DNA from: Octopus sinensis
Taxonomy: Eukaryota
Assembly: GCF_006345805.1 (NCBI RefSeq)
Contig: NC_043003.1
Coordinates: forward strand, 65,534,001 to 65,598,000
Length of the DNA: 64,000 bases
Direction: 5' to 3'
The position numbers were made by a program, and so were the translations under genes. Numbering within the stretch: position 1 is the first letter of the stretch; each line of letters begins with the position of its first letter. Below, piece after piece: positions 27,501 through 39,985 of the stretch. The notes below the pieces were generated by a model. It saw only the letters and a list, made by a program, of their open reading frames with translations, had not been told where the DNA came from and searched no databases.

Positions 27501-29352
27501 TTAGATAAACTTAGATATGTTTCGACCAAAGTTTGGTCCAGGCCATGTCTAACTTAATAGCACCACCTGATAGGATTATTCGAATCCTGTTTAAGTCAAG
27601 TTTTGTTTATGGTCCATTCAAGTAGTGAGTTCTTGTTGGGTGAGTTGTATCCAATTATGGTGCTGATTATTGGTATTCTTTGAAGGAATCTATCCAGACT
27701 CCGTTTAAAGTGATGGGATCCTTTTCCTCTTTGATCTCTTTCGGGTCAATGTTAAATAGGGCAGGGCCTGTTGAGGAAAAGAAATTATGTTGCAGTGTAC
27801 ATGTATGCTGTGATCTTGAATTGGGCAGGGGATGTATGGCCCGAAGTCCCAGTCTTGGATGAACCTTGAAGCTAATGTTCAGGTCGTTTGGACAAAGTTG
27901 GCGGTATATTCTCCACATCGTACAAATGATGTACCGTTCACGGCGACGCTGGAGAGAGTAAAGTTTCAAGGTTTAAGGCGATCCCAATAATCGAGAGCAG
28001 CCATGCCTTCAATTCGTTTAGTGAGTGCCCTCTGGGGTAATTCAATCCTCGAGATGTTTTGTCTTGTATGGGGAGACCACAGTGGGCAGCAGTATTCGAG
28101 GTGTGGCCGTACAAAGGAGGAGAAAAGTGGTATGATAGCACCTTGTTCTCTGGACCGGAAAGTACTTAAGATCCAGGAACTCATCCTACAAGCTATATCG
28201 ACCTTCTTGTTGATGTGTGCACTCCAACTGAGATCGTCATCAACAATTACACCCAGGTCTCTGATATTGTTAGAGGCTGTGAGCGGTTCCTCTGAAGGAA
28301 GAGAGTATGGCTGTTTTAGTGAGGAATTTCTTCGAAAATGCATCAGCTCAAATTTTCCCTCATTCAGTTGCATTTTGTTTCTGTCTGCCCATTGACTCAC
28401 AGCATATAGATCAGACTGGAGTTGAGTTCGGTCTGCTTCTTCATTGACGATTTGCTGGAGCTTAGTGTCATCAGCAAATATTTTCACTTTGCAGTAATGT
28501 ACGACACTGGAAAGGTCGTTTATGTAAATTATGAAGAGTAGCGGACCCAAGACAGTCCCCTGGGGGACACCGCTGGTGACTTTTGCTGAGCTTGAGTGGA
28601 CTCCATCAACTACAACATGTTGTGTTCTATTCGCCAGGAAATACTTAATCCAGTGTAGAACTTTTCCACGGATTCCAACATTTGCCAATTTTGAGAGTAA
28701 GGTATTATGGTCTACCCTGTCGAACGCTTTACTGAAGTCAAGATATATGACGTCAGAGTTCGAACCTATTCCCAAGGCTTTGAGTACATCCTCAAGGTGG
28801 TGTAAGAGCTGTGTTAGACAGTCCCTGCCACAGCGAAAGCCATGCTGATTTGCAGTTAAGAGTTTGTGGGTCTCCAGGAAGTCAGCTATCCTTGATCTTA
28901 ACACTCTTTCAAACACTTTAATGATGTGGGAGGTGAGTGAGATTGGGCGATAGTTGAGTGCGAGGGATCTGTTTCCCTGTTTGAAAACCGGGATGACTGA
29001 CTGGGATAGAAACTGTTTCGGTATATAATCTGCGTCTAACGAATTTCTCCAGAGGTTGGTCAGAGGGACTGCAAGTTAGTGCCTACATTCCTTCAGGAGA
29101 CTAGCGGGGAATCTATCAGGGCCTACAGCAGAGTAGTATTTGACCTCATTTATTGCTGCTACGATGTCAGTGGCAGTGAAGGTTATGTCTGAGATTTTAT
29201 GTTGGGAGTCAACTTCGTTCGCTTCTCTTACGTCAATATCAGTGGGAACACTAAAGACAGAGCAGTATTGTCTCTGTAGTATTTCTGCCATTTCTTTAGC
29301 ATCGTGTTGGGGAATGCCGTTATCATCAATCAATGGCCCAATGGGTGAGACA
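27499..29352 (-). mobile_element. 5'-truncated CR1-group LINE, copy 2
   Basis: Same truncation point as copy 1. The 3' tail is TATCTAAGT twice. Flanked by (TA)n. Confidence 0.92.
27966..28916 (-). pseudogene. Reverse transcriptase domain (open 316-aa segment) of LINE ORF2
   Basis: Motifs QHGFR, YLDFSKAFDRV, GVPQGTVLGPLLF, FADDTK and DLGV. No endonuclease domain, and frameshifts lie on either side. Confidence 0.9.
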
Positions 29353-30059
29353 ATATATATATATATATATATATATACCCATATATACATAAATACATAC
29401 ACACACACTCACACGACAGCCGGTATGGTTTTGCTTTGACCCACCAAAAGTTGCCAATAGATAAGGCTTAAAAATTCCTAAGTACTAAGATCAATTCATT
29501 CGACTAAATTTCTTCAATGTTGTGCCCCAGCATGGCCACAATACAGGTACTGGAGCAAGGAACATATTAGAGAAATTGCCCTCTAAATTTGACCGGAACT
29601 ATTTTGAGCCTAGAGGATAAAAACAGTGACGAACTAGATGCCATTTTAGTCATATTATGAATGTGTGCGATGAAAAACGATAAACGCATTTTATTGATCG
29701 CACTAATACTCTGCCAAGTACACGAAAAAGTGAACTCAAACATTTTAGAAACCTATATATGCTATATATTTAATATTTAACATTTTAGTCTGAAAAGCGT
29801 TCAACGGAAATGAAGCAGTTCATTCTATGGATAACAGGCTGACATGGCTTTACAGTTAACACGTAGTATTTCTTAGATGCTACCGCGCGATTCATTTTAC
29901 GTAATCTACTCCAGGTTTTCCATTCGCTTTCAAATGGAATCCGACGTATACGTGATGTGTGCGTGAGCGTTTGTGTACCCGTGTGTATGCGTGTATGCGA
30001 GTATGTTTGTATTTACATATATAAGTATGATTATTGATATATGTATGTATGTATGTATG

Positions 30060-30131
<72 letters not shown>

Positions 30132-30174
30132 ATATATATATATGTATATTCTTATATGTATATATATATATACA

Positions 30175-31050
30175 TGCATGTGCGCGTTCGCGCACGCATA
30201 CATACATGCATGCACCACGCCCGTTGGTTCCGACTAGATCTCTTGTTCGTATCTGGGGCCAGCGTGTTTCTTGGGTTTCTCTTACGCCTGTCACCGCGGG
30301 AGCACTTTTCCATCTTTCCCTCAGTTGCAGTTTGTTTCCTTGCATGCGTATATATACACACACATATAATACCCCCCACCTTTTGTACACACACGCACAC
30401 ACATACATACACTCACTCCCACGCACTCACACACACACATTTGCATATATATATACAATACACTTACACACACTTCAAATTTACTTGCCATACATACAAC
30501 TACGCACACTGGACACACACACACTACAACTCAACACACCCTCGGCACGTACATACGCTCCCACACATTCCCTCCTTCCTCTGTTTACCACTGACCACTG
30601 ACCTTCGACTGCTATGTCGACTACCTTTCGCCCTACGTACACACACTTACACACAGACGCACGCACTAACATATACATATTTTTTTATCTCGCCTTACAC
30701 ACACATACACACACGCACACGTACACACTCACACATACACATTATTCTTCCCATTCATCGAGTTGTTAATAACCTTCCTTTTTCCGCTCTCTTGTCTTTA
30801 AAAACCAGCCCCTGTTATCCAAAACTTCCGGCCTTTCAGCATGTTTACTTCGTAAAAACCAGTCGCGTTTTTTTCCCTCCGTTCGCCCACCTCGGGATCT
30901 TTCTTTCTCTTATGTTTCCGACGAAGAGCTCCGCTCGAAACGTCATACCCTCCTTCTTCCCTTTTTCCTGAGTGCCTAATAATAATACTTTAATTGTTCC
31001 ACCTCCTTGTGTTGTTGTTTTTTCTGTTTTCCCGTTTGGATTAACCTTAT
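30175..31050 (+). mobile_element. Non-autonomous PLE-associated CA-rich element with pseudo-LTR
   Basis: Homologous to 19310-20295. Followed by a partial direct pLTR (31085-31160) and an inverted copy. Confidence 0.6.
30914..30948 (+). ncRNA. Minimal type I hammerhead motif (U4C core variant)
   Basis: GTTT-CCGACGA-A-GAGC-tcc-GCTC-GAAA-CG-TC-ATAC. Stem I has one mismatch. Confidence 0.5.
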
Positions 31051-31162
31051 ATATATATATATATATATATGCATATATATATGTTGACCTCGTGAAGACC
31101 ACTTGCATTTTTTTCTCTCTGTCCTCCCAACTTGGGATCTTTCTTTCTGCTATGTTTCTCCT

Positions 31163-32330
31163 ATGTGGAACAAATAAAGTATTATTGGGCGCTCAGGAAA
31201 AAAGGGAAGAAGGAGGGTATGACGTTTCGAGCGGAGCTCTTCGTCGGATACATAGGAAAAGGAAAGATCCAGAGATGGGAAGACAGAGGAAAAAAATCGC
31301 CAACGGTACACACGGGATCACATTTTGAAAGACAGGAAGGAGAAAGGGTGAAGAAAGATGTTTTCAAAGACAGAAGAGTAGTATGGTCAAAGACAGCGGA
31401 ATGTAGGAGGGGGAATGTGTGTGTAAGTGTGGATGTGTGCGTGCGCAGAGATCTGCGTGTGCGTGTGTGTGTGTATGTGTGCAATGATGACACGTGTGTG
31501 TGTGTGTGTTTGTGTGTGTGTGTGGTTGTAGCTGTAAACAATAGGCTAGTAGCTGGCTAGTTTGTAAGAATAAGGAGTGGTGTTTTGGTCCTGCCACAGG
31601 TCAGTACATTGAAATATGTGTGTGTGTGTGCGTGTATGTATATGTATCGTGTGTGTTTTGTTTGTAGTGTGTGTGTGTATGTGTGTGTTCGTGTGTGTAT
31701 GCGTAAAGTTTGGGTGTGTGGCGAATAACTGTGCTTTACTTAGTGTATATGTGCGTGGGTGCTTGTACGTGCGTATGTGTGTATATATATGTATGTATAA
31801 TTGTGTGCCGCATGTATGGGATGTATGTGTGGGTTCATTTGTGTGTGTGTGTGTGTGTATGTGCGTACGTGTCGTATATGCGTGTAGTCGTGTGTGCGTG
31901 TATGTGTGCGTTTGTATGTGTGTGTATGTATGTATGTATGTGTGTATGTGTGTATGTGTGTATGTGTGTGTATGTGTGTATGTAGGTATGTGTGTATGTA
32001 TGTGTGTATGTATGTATGTATGTATGTATGTTTTTTTGAGTTGTGTGGGCGTAATGTACATGCGTGTGCTTGTGTGCGTGTATGCGCTTACGTGCCTGTA
32101 TGTGTGTGTGTCTCTGCACATGTGTGTATAAGTGTGTGCGTATCTGTATGAGTATTATTTGTTGGTGTGTGTGCACGGGCATAGGTGTCTGTGCGCGTGG
32201 GGTGTGTGGGGGTGTGTATATGTGTGGAAGTATGTGTGCGTATATGTGCATGTGTGTTGTATCTGTGTGGAGTGTTGGAAGTATGTGTGTTCGTGGATAC
32301 GTGAGTATGTGTGTGTATGTGTTTCTGTAT
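31163..32330 (-). mobile_element. Inverted copy of the PLE-associated CA-rich element
   Basis: Reverse complement of the pLTR (31165-31400) followed by a ~900-bp TG-rich tract. Confidence 0.6.
31217..31251 (-). ncRNA. Minimal type I hammerhead motif (U4C core variant)
   Basis: GTAT-CCGACGA-A-GAGC-tcc-GCTC-GAAA-CG-TC-ATAC. Perfect 4-bp stem I, palindromic ACGT stem III, GUC triplet. Confidence 0.62.
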
Positions 32331-32467
32331 AAGGACAAAATATTAAAAAATGAGGTACCATATTTTTGTTGTGATAGTTGGTATATTTTAAGTTCCATAT
32401 AACCAATTACAACGTTAGCAATCACTGGGGCAGCACGAATTCCCATTGCAATTCCCCATTTGTCCAT
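32330..32467 (-). pseudogene. Penelope-like RT fragment
   Basis: GIAMGIRAAPVIANVVIGYMELKIY resembles the PLE RT motif G.AMG...AP..AN..MGY.E. Confidence 0.7.
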
Positions 32468-32711
32468 AGTAAATGACGTTTATTATTTAAGTATATATGA
32501 GAATGTATAGACATGCAACTATGTGCCTGAGAATACATGCATAAAGCAAAGCATAGACATCTGCACAGATATACAAAAATACCTCGCTGATGTTGTTAAA
32601 ATTCAACACTTTCTTTCTTAGCAAGAAATCCTGAATCTAGAATGAATGACAACATACAAATATACATACGCACACACACACATACTTATATATACATATG
32701 TGTGTGTGTAC

Positions 32712-32759
<48 letters not shown>

Positions 32760-34136
32760 GTGCCAGTTTCCGGTAGTGTACGGCAAATGATCTCCACAAG
32801 CAATGACTAAATCCATATTGCAGTAGAAGACACTTGCATATTCTGCTGTACCTTGACAGCTATTCGTGCTTTCCTCTATCTATGATTGCATATTTCACAT
32901 GCGAAATTTCTGAAAAAAATGTATAAAGTACGTAGAATCCAGTGGAATTCGTCTTTAATATACATTCACTTGTCGAGGGACGGAATGAAATATTAAGAAT
33001 TAATTTGAAGTTATTACTACTAACTGGGTTCTCAACACCTCTATCTACATTTCCGTGAGGTAAAAAAAAAGAGGAAAGAAATTCATCAACATATCCATAA
33101 AATACAAATAAAAGTGGGGGCTAATGTCGTAAAGATTTTAAGCAAACACAGAAATACGTCTACATATATGTTTGAAGCATACGCAATCAGCACAAGATTT
33201 ATGCCAGAAAGCACATAAAAAGAGCACATGCAGAATGGAAACAGATGAATAATATACATAAATAATATGTGAGATTGAGTGCAAAGGAGTTTGAGTTACT
33301 CATATCAAAGTGTAAGTAATTGGAACATAAATAAATAAATATTGCCGAATATGAAAAGCCGATATTGAGAAGAATATCAAGTGCAGAAACACCCTTGCTT
33401 TTCATATGTACGTTCGACTGCCATCTTATCTTTATAACGCTTTACGGTACAGTTGACTATAAAAATGCTAAATCACTTTACGTTTCAGTAAAACACCTAA
33501 GTGAGATACTCTCAAATAAAACAGATTACGGATGTATTTAGTCCCTTTCTATCTAGATCAATGGTTGACAACCTTTCAAGATTTACATTGCCTTTCATAC
33601 ATTCAGTATTAACTACGTACTGGCAAACGCAAGCGTGAGCGAGCGCGCACATACACACATACATATATACACATAAAGTTGCAGCCGTAGATGTGTCACA
33701 AGTTGTTTGATTCCCAAACAAATGGTTCCGGTTTCAAATCCACTACGTGGCACCTTGGCCGGGTTACATCTAGTAAGAAAACGACAGAATAGGTACCAGG
33801 CTTAAAAGACAACATATTCTTGAAGGCGGCGCTTCACTGTAGCTGTAGTCTAATGATTGAAAGTAATAAGAAAGATCGTGATTTCAATTCCTACATCGGT
33901 TGATGCTTCGTATTCTGGATTAAAACACTTCATCACGCGTTTCTCTGCGATCACTTCGACATCTGACGCGTGGCACACTGTACACTTGTTCAGATAACAT
34001 CGAATTAATTGGAGAGAGTGAGGTAAAGTGCGGCAGAAACATCTGATCTCCATCAACAATTCAACTGAGCAGGTCGTTCGGCTAAAGCTGAACGCTTATA
34101 CGTCGTCTTCGACGGGAGAGTCCATCATGTGTGTGC

Positions 34137-34175
<39 letters not shown>

Positions 34176-34279
34176 TGCGTGTTTGTGTATATAATATTGA
34201 TAAAATGGGAGATAAAATGTGTAATATATTTCATTGGGTACAACACATATTTCAACTCGTTCTGCATCTCTTTTCTCTC

Positions 34280-34530
34280 TCTCTCTTCGCCCTTTTCGGG
34301 CCTAGCCAGGCTCATGGGCCCGGTTTCCTGGTTTCTGTGGCGTATGTGTTCCCTCCAGCTGGACTAGACTCAAGAAAAAGGAAGAGAGAGTAAGAGAAAG
34401 TTGTGGTGAAAGAGTACAACAGGGAGCCTCGTGGAGCTTTTAGGTGTTTTCGCTCAATAAACACACACAACGCTCGGTCTGGGAATCGAAACCGCGATCC
34501 TCCGACTGCGAGCCCGCTGCCTTAACCATA
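34280..34530 (-). mobile_element. tRNA SINE (head B, tail Y)
   Basis: B-box ggtttcgattccc. Head matches 3560-3720 and tail matches 39700-39830. Confidence 0.7.
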
Positions 34531-34567
34531 GTCGCATACACACACACACACGTACACACACACACGT

Positions 34568-34644
<77 letters not shown>

Positions 34645-34788
34645 CATATAGCTACATACACGTGTGTGTAAAGACGAATATATTACTCAAAGAAATTCCA
34701 ACATAGGTTTTCACGTTTTATTTATAATCTAATAATAAGATAATATAATATAATGAAATGACAGAATATTGAATGTCCATTTCTGATT

Positions 34789-34831
34789 GAACTAGTACTT
34801 TCATGCATTAAACTATGCAATCTTCAGGTCC
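34789..34831 (-). ncRNA. Minimal type I hammerhead motif in a pLTR-like repeat (~34677-35030)
   Basis: GGAC-CTGAAGA-T-TGCAT-agttta-ATGCA-T-GAAA-GTAC-TA-GTTC, with palindromic AGTACT stem III. Confidence 0.6.
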
Positions 34832-35255
34832 ATTTATATAGGTTCCAGAATGTTAATTTTTGCAAACTGTATTCTGACCAATCAGTGTGTGACTTTACTA
34901 AATTACTTATGTTGATTGTTTTTTGGCATAGGCGTCACGGTATATTGAACATGTCAAGAGGCCTGTATTTTGACCCTGTCCAAATCAGTAATTGTCCGGC
35001 TGTTTTCAGAACGTTGTAAACAACATTTCCCAGGGGATTTTACATTTCAATTATCATCATCATCACTATCATCACCCTTATTATTGTTATCGTTGCTGTT
35101 GTTTTTGGTAGTGGTGGTGGTAGGAGTAGCTGTGGTAATAGAACTTTAAACCTTAAATAAGATTAATTTTAATGACTTATCTCTAGCATTAGCTAGTATT
35201 TTCCTGCTATCATCATGAGGATCTTTGGTATTGTTGTGGTTGTTAGTGGTAGTGG

Positions 35256-35297
<42 letters not shown>

Positions 35298-36987
35298 TCT
35301 TCTGTAGTAGACGGCAGGTAATGTTACGTAACTTGGTATCATTATTGTTGTCGAGCGAGGGGAGGAGGACAAACACAAACATATAGACACATACATATAT
35401 ACATACATGCACGCATACATACACACTTGCATCCACGGCCACGCTCAGGAAAGGCTTCAACCTAGTTTACGTCTGAGAAAATTTGTCACAAGGACTGATC
35501 GATCCGAGGCAATTGTAATAGACACTGAAATACTTGCCCAATATTCCGTGCATTGGGACCGAACCCAAAACCATGTGATTACATAGCGAACTTCTTAACT
35601 TCAAATGCACGCCTATTAAAGTTCTACAAAAATGTTATCTTTATTTTGGCGAAGAGCCAGGTAATTAACTTTGATTTAAAGGTAAGTATATTGAAAGTGG
35701 CGAATATAACACAGACTTGAATACACTTTCATTTCTGCTGCGTTAACCGATGCGCCAACGTTGGAAGGAACCTATAAGAATCACATACTTCCGAACCAAA
35801 CTTCTTAACCAGGCAGCCATTGATGCACCTATGTGTATGTCACTGATGACAGTTTAGATTTAGCAGGAGAAAAGTTGTTTTTCATTCTCATAGCTTCCTC
35901 AATATAAATAACATTCAATATAAAAGACAAAAATTCTAAAGCCAGGGATCGATACCACGTATCAGGTATTACTCCCTACAAACTGATATTCCATTCTGTA
36001 ATATTCAAACAAAAGCATTTGATAGTCAATCTTTGTTTGAAGGATATTCAGAAAAATAGCAAACTATCTTTTCAAATATTTTACATGGTATTCTCTTAGG
36101 ACAAGCCATAGAATTTATTGAATTATTTCAAAGACTGTGCTGCTCTTGAGATGACCAAATATTTCCATTTATTATATTTTATAGATTACATTTACGTGAC
36201 ATTTCTATTCCTATGAGTAAGGTGGGCTTGCTTCTATTGTATAGAAGTAGGATATAAACTAAACAAACGTGACAGATGGTACGTAACATTCAAAGTTCGT
36301 TAGCCATTGTCAATATCAGAGATCTTATAATTCATCTCGTATAGTCATACGTTACGAATGTCGATTATGAGCGATTCAGTCTTGGATTTACTGCTGATAT
36401 ATCCACGATGGGTAATCGGGAATCTTAGCCATTTCTATAAGTAATTCATTATCTGGAACTGATTCCTTCGACACCATACAAGCTTTAGCCATCAGCTGGC
36501 TCAAATGATGCCTTGCTAATTAATTGTATTCAGTCTTTAGAAATCATATGGATTTCGAGATAAGAATTTTAATATTATGAAGGCGATCTTATAATTGTTG
36601 ATGAACGGAATATTAAAAGAGGCAATCAATAATAACTTCAAAATGTATGAGAATCTAAAATTCCTTCTTTTTGATTTCACTCGATTTTCTATCTCGGAAA
36701 TAAATTAAAACAACCAGACAGCTATGAATTTATAAAGAACAACTATTCTTGAATGTTTACTCTGTTCGCTTGTAAATATTCGTAACCTATCATCCAACTC
36801 TGCGTGATTTTACATAATTGTTGCCTAATATACTAGCACAGGGCTCCTAATTTTGTCCAGCCAATAGGGTGATTGCTTGAGATTTACTGGACAAGTCTTG
36901 CGAGAGGAAACATCAACGTACGGAAAAAAAGAGCATCAACAAAATAATTACTGTATATGCATGTTTGTATGTGTATCTGTGTTTTCA

Positions 36988-37061
<74 letters not shown>

Positions 37062-37148
37062 TATATACACGTGCACACACACACATACATATATATACAG
37101 TCCACTGTTGACAACAATTTTCAATTGAAGAACACGACTATCACTACA

Positions 37149-37188
37149 TAAACCTGATGATTACATTACGCATGGAAATTCTAGTTTA
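37149..37188 (+). ncRNA. Degenerate hammerhead motif, same family as 34789
   Basis: TAAAC-CTGATGA...GAAA-ttc-TA-GTTTA. Stem I is perfect and stems II/III are decayed. The downstream tail ataaaacgtgaaaa...gaatttc matches the reverse complement of 34677-34725. Confidence 0.4.
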
Positions 37189-37261
37189 TTTCAATATTGT
37201 AAAATTGTAAAATTCGTAAATTATAAAACGTGAAAAATCTTTGAATTTCATTGATTAATAC

Positions 37262-38130
37262 ATTCTTGCGACTTGTTCTCCACCACTAGGTCCAGTTTGT
37301 TATGCTTTAGCGTCTGATCTGTTTGGATTGGGAAATCCTAGAGGATTTTGTTAGTCTCCAACTCCACCGCTCTCTGCGCTTTATGCTCATACCACGTCTT
37401 TCTCTCTGTAGCCCCCACTTTATGCACGATTAAAAGAGAAAACGCATTTTTTCTTGATGACCTCTGACAACTATGTTCTGTCTGTTAGCCATGATCTCTC
37501 TGTCTTTGTATATTGGCATATCCCAGGGTATGGCTGCTTTATCATTTTCTGAAGCCTTTTATGGGGTGTGCCAATACCATCATTTTTCTATTGTTATTCT
37601 TTCGTGTTGGCAGAGCTTCCAGTGTATGAAGGTCTTCATGTCTGTGTGGATACATTCTTTCATATCAAGACCTGGCCACCAGAGACAATATGATTTATTG
37701 CTTCTTGCCCTTCAGCACATATTCTGCAGCTACTTACCGTATTTTTGTTCATTATGATTTTCTTGTGGTTCCTGGTGGTTTCTGGTGATTTCTGGTGGAG
37801 AGGCTTTGATCTTGGGCTGCAATTAAAAATCCTTTAGTCTCTGCTTCTTAACCATTGTTGGGATTTTTCTTTCTCTGTAGCTTATCTCAATATTTGCCAC
37901 GTGAGGGCTTTTCTTGCCATCATTTTTTAAAGAGTATTTTATTTTGCAGTTTTAGTTTGGATTTCAGTTGTTTTACAGCTTTTGCTGTTTCATATTTTCT
38001 TTATTGTTGTCAGGTATTTTGATTACATTCTCGTATTTTCGGCTTCCTATTTGTACCAGTTTTCTTTTGTTCTGTGTTAAATGTTTCTGTAATCTTAAGG
38101 TGGTTATTTTGTAGTAGTTTTCTAGTTGTA
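37262..38130 (-). mobile_element. R4/Dong-type (restriction-like endonuclease) LINE fragments, degenerate
   Basis: WQEKPSRGKY, ETKGFLIAAQDQSL, CRIC...INHIVSG zinc knuckle, IHWKLC, WYWHTP and WDMPI..DREI.ANR, then a second WYEHK...KIL*DFPIQTD..LKHNKLDLVV. Confidence 0.85.
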
Positions 38131-38132
38131 TA

Positions 38133-38290
38133 AGGTATTAAGTCGATTACATCGTAACTGGTACTTAATTTATTGACCCCGAAAGGATGAAAGGCAAAAT
38201 CGACCTCGGTGGAATTTGAACTCAGAACGTAACGGCAGACGAAATACCGTTAAGAATTTTGCCCGGCGTGCTAACGCTTCTGCTAGCTCA
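38133..38290 (-). mobile_element. tRNA SINE (ttcatcctttcggggtc core)
   Basis: Reverse complement of the 20845 family. Confidence 0.85.
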
Positions 38291-39699
38291 CTGCGTTGCT
38301 TTCCTCATCTAAAGACCAAATCTCTACTATTACCACCAGCGCCGACAGTCTAAAGCAACAACAACAACAAAACAATTGCAACAAAACTAAAAAGTGAACG
38401 GCCGCCTTCACCACCAACACAGCAATGAACAGCGGCAACAGTAACAGCAATTTCAACGAAAGCAAAATTAAAAAAAAGCGGCAGCAACATCAAAACGACA
38501 AAATAATTGAAAATATGAACGACGAAATAAAAACAAAAAAATCAGTAACAAAACGTACCTAGACATAATACGAACAAAAGGATCACAACCACCACCACCA
38601 CCACCACCTGAATTAACCACTACCGCCACCACACACCATTTGTAAAAAGAACGCTGCGACGAACAAACTACAGTTAGCGATTTTGCTAAATTGGTTCGGT
38701 CAGGTGATGTAGGCTCTTTATCTTAGTAAAATTTGTAAAATGGGAAACGCTGCCAAAGACGATTTGGACTTATTACATCTTTAAACATAGGACATAGGAC
38801 AAAAAAGTCCAGGTAGACACACCCACAGAGTATCGTTTCACTCCTTGTTCCTTCTTTTTTTTCCCGCACTCTAAATTGATAAAGAGCTCACCCAAAATGT
38901 TAATCTAGCCTGTTTCCTATTTTTCTTTCTGTATATACTATTCACTGTGCTCAACTTTTTTGGTCGATTTTTCTTTCTTGTACATTTTCTGCACTACCAT
39001 TTGAATTTTTATCTCGCTGTTGTTACCTCTTACGTTGTCTGACTTTATCTCTTATTACCCTCATTCTATTTGTGCTGTTACACACTCACATACATACACA
39101 CTCACATGCTCACGCACGTACACATACATATAAGTAATCGTGTCTTTAACAGAAAACGCCATTCAAAATAAATGAGAACGGAACTATAGAATCGTTATTC
39201 TATCAGACAACTTGCGTTGCAGCATTGAGCTCCGACTTCTTATGTTCTTAGATGAAATTGCACCGAGGTCAATTTGTCTTCATTATTCTGCGATCAATAA
39301 AATAAAAATATTTTGTAAAGAACTGAGATTCATTTATATTGCTATAAAGCATCCTAGATGTGAATAGAATTATATTAGGAGAAAATACCTCAGTGAGGGT
39401 AAATTGTGACGTTATGATGTTGTGATTTGGTTGTAGTGTACGATCAGATTTACTCCAATTAAGTGGTACATGATCGAAGTCAACAGAGCTTTATAAATAT
39501 TTTGGCTTACTCCTTATATAGAGGGTAATACTCCACAATTCCCTTTTAAGGAGACAGAGTGCAATTTGAAGGAAATTTGAATGAATTTTATTTTAAAAGC
39601 TCGATCTCCTACACAGCTATCATATGTCTGTGTCCCTATTCGTTTCTCCGTTTGTGTGACTCTCTCTGTGTCTCTTCCTCAAAAGTTCAATGTACGAAA

Positions 39700-39985
39700 G
39701 CTCGTTCCCGAGCCATTAGCTCATAAGGCCCATATCCCAGATGCTGAGGCATATATCTTTTACCAACTATTTTACCAACAACTGTGGCGTATATCTTTTA
39801 CCACTCTCGGCTGGACGACAGTCTGTCGTAGGATTACTCGTTTTTGCAAGCTGAATGGACTGGGTTGTATGAAAGTAAGTGTTTTGCTCAAGGACATAGC
39901 GCATCATCTGTTCCAGGAATCGAAACCACAATCTTACAATCATGAGAGCAACACCGTAATTACTAAGTCATGCGCATCCACCTCT
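39700..39985 (-). mobile_element. tRNA SINE (head A, tail Y)
   Basis: ttgctcaaggaca core and gaatcgaaacc B-box as in 2450-2590. Tail matches 34280-34365. Confidence 0.65.

Noticed and set aside
23816-29439. Plus-strand ORFs over the LINE copies
   Set aside because: Antisense shadows of the RT frame.
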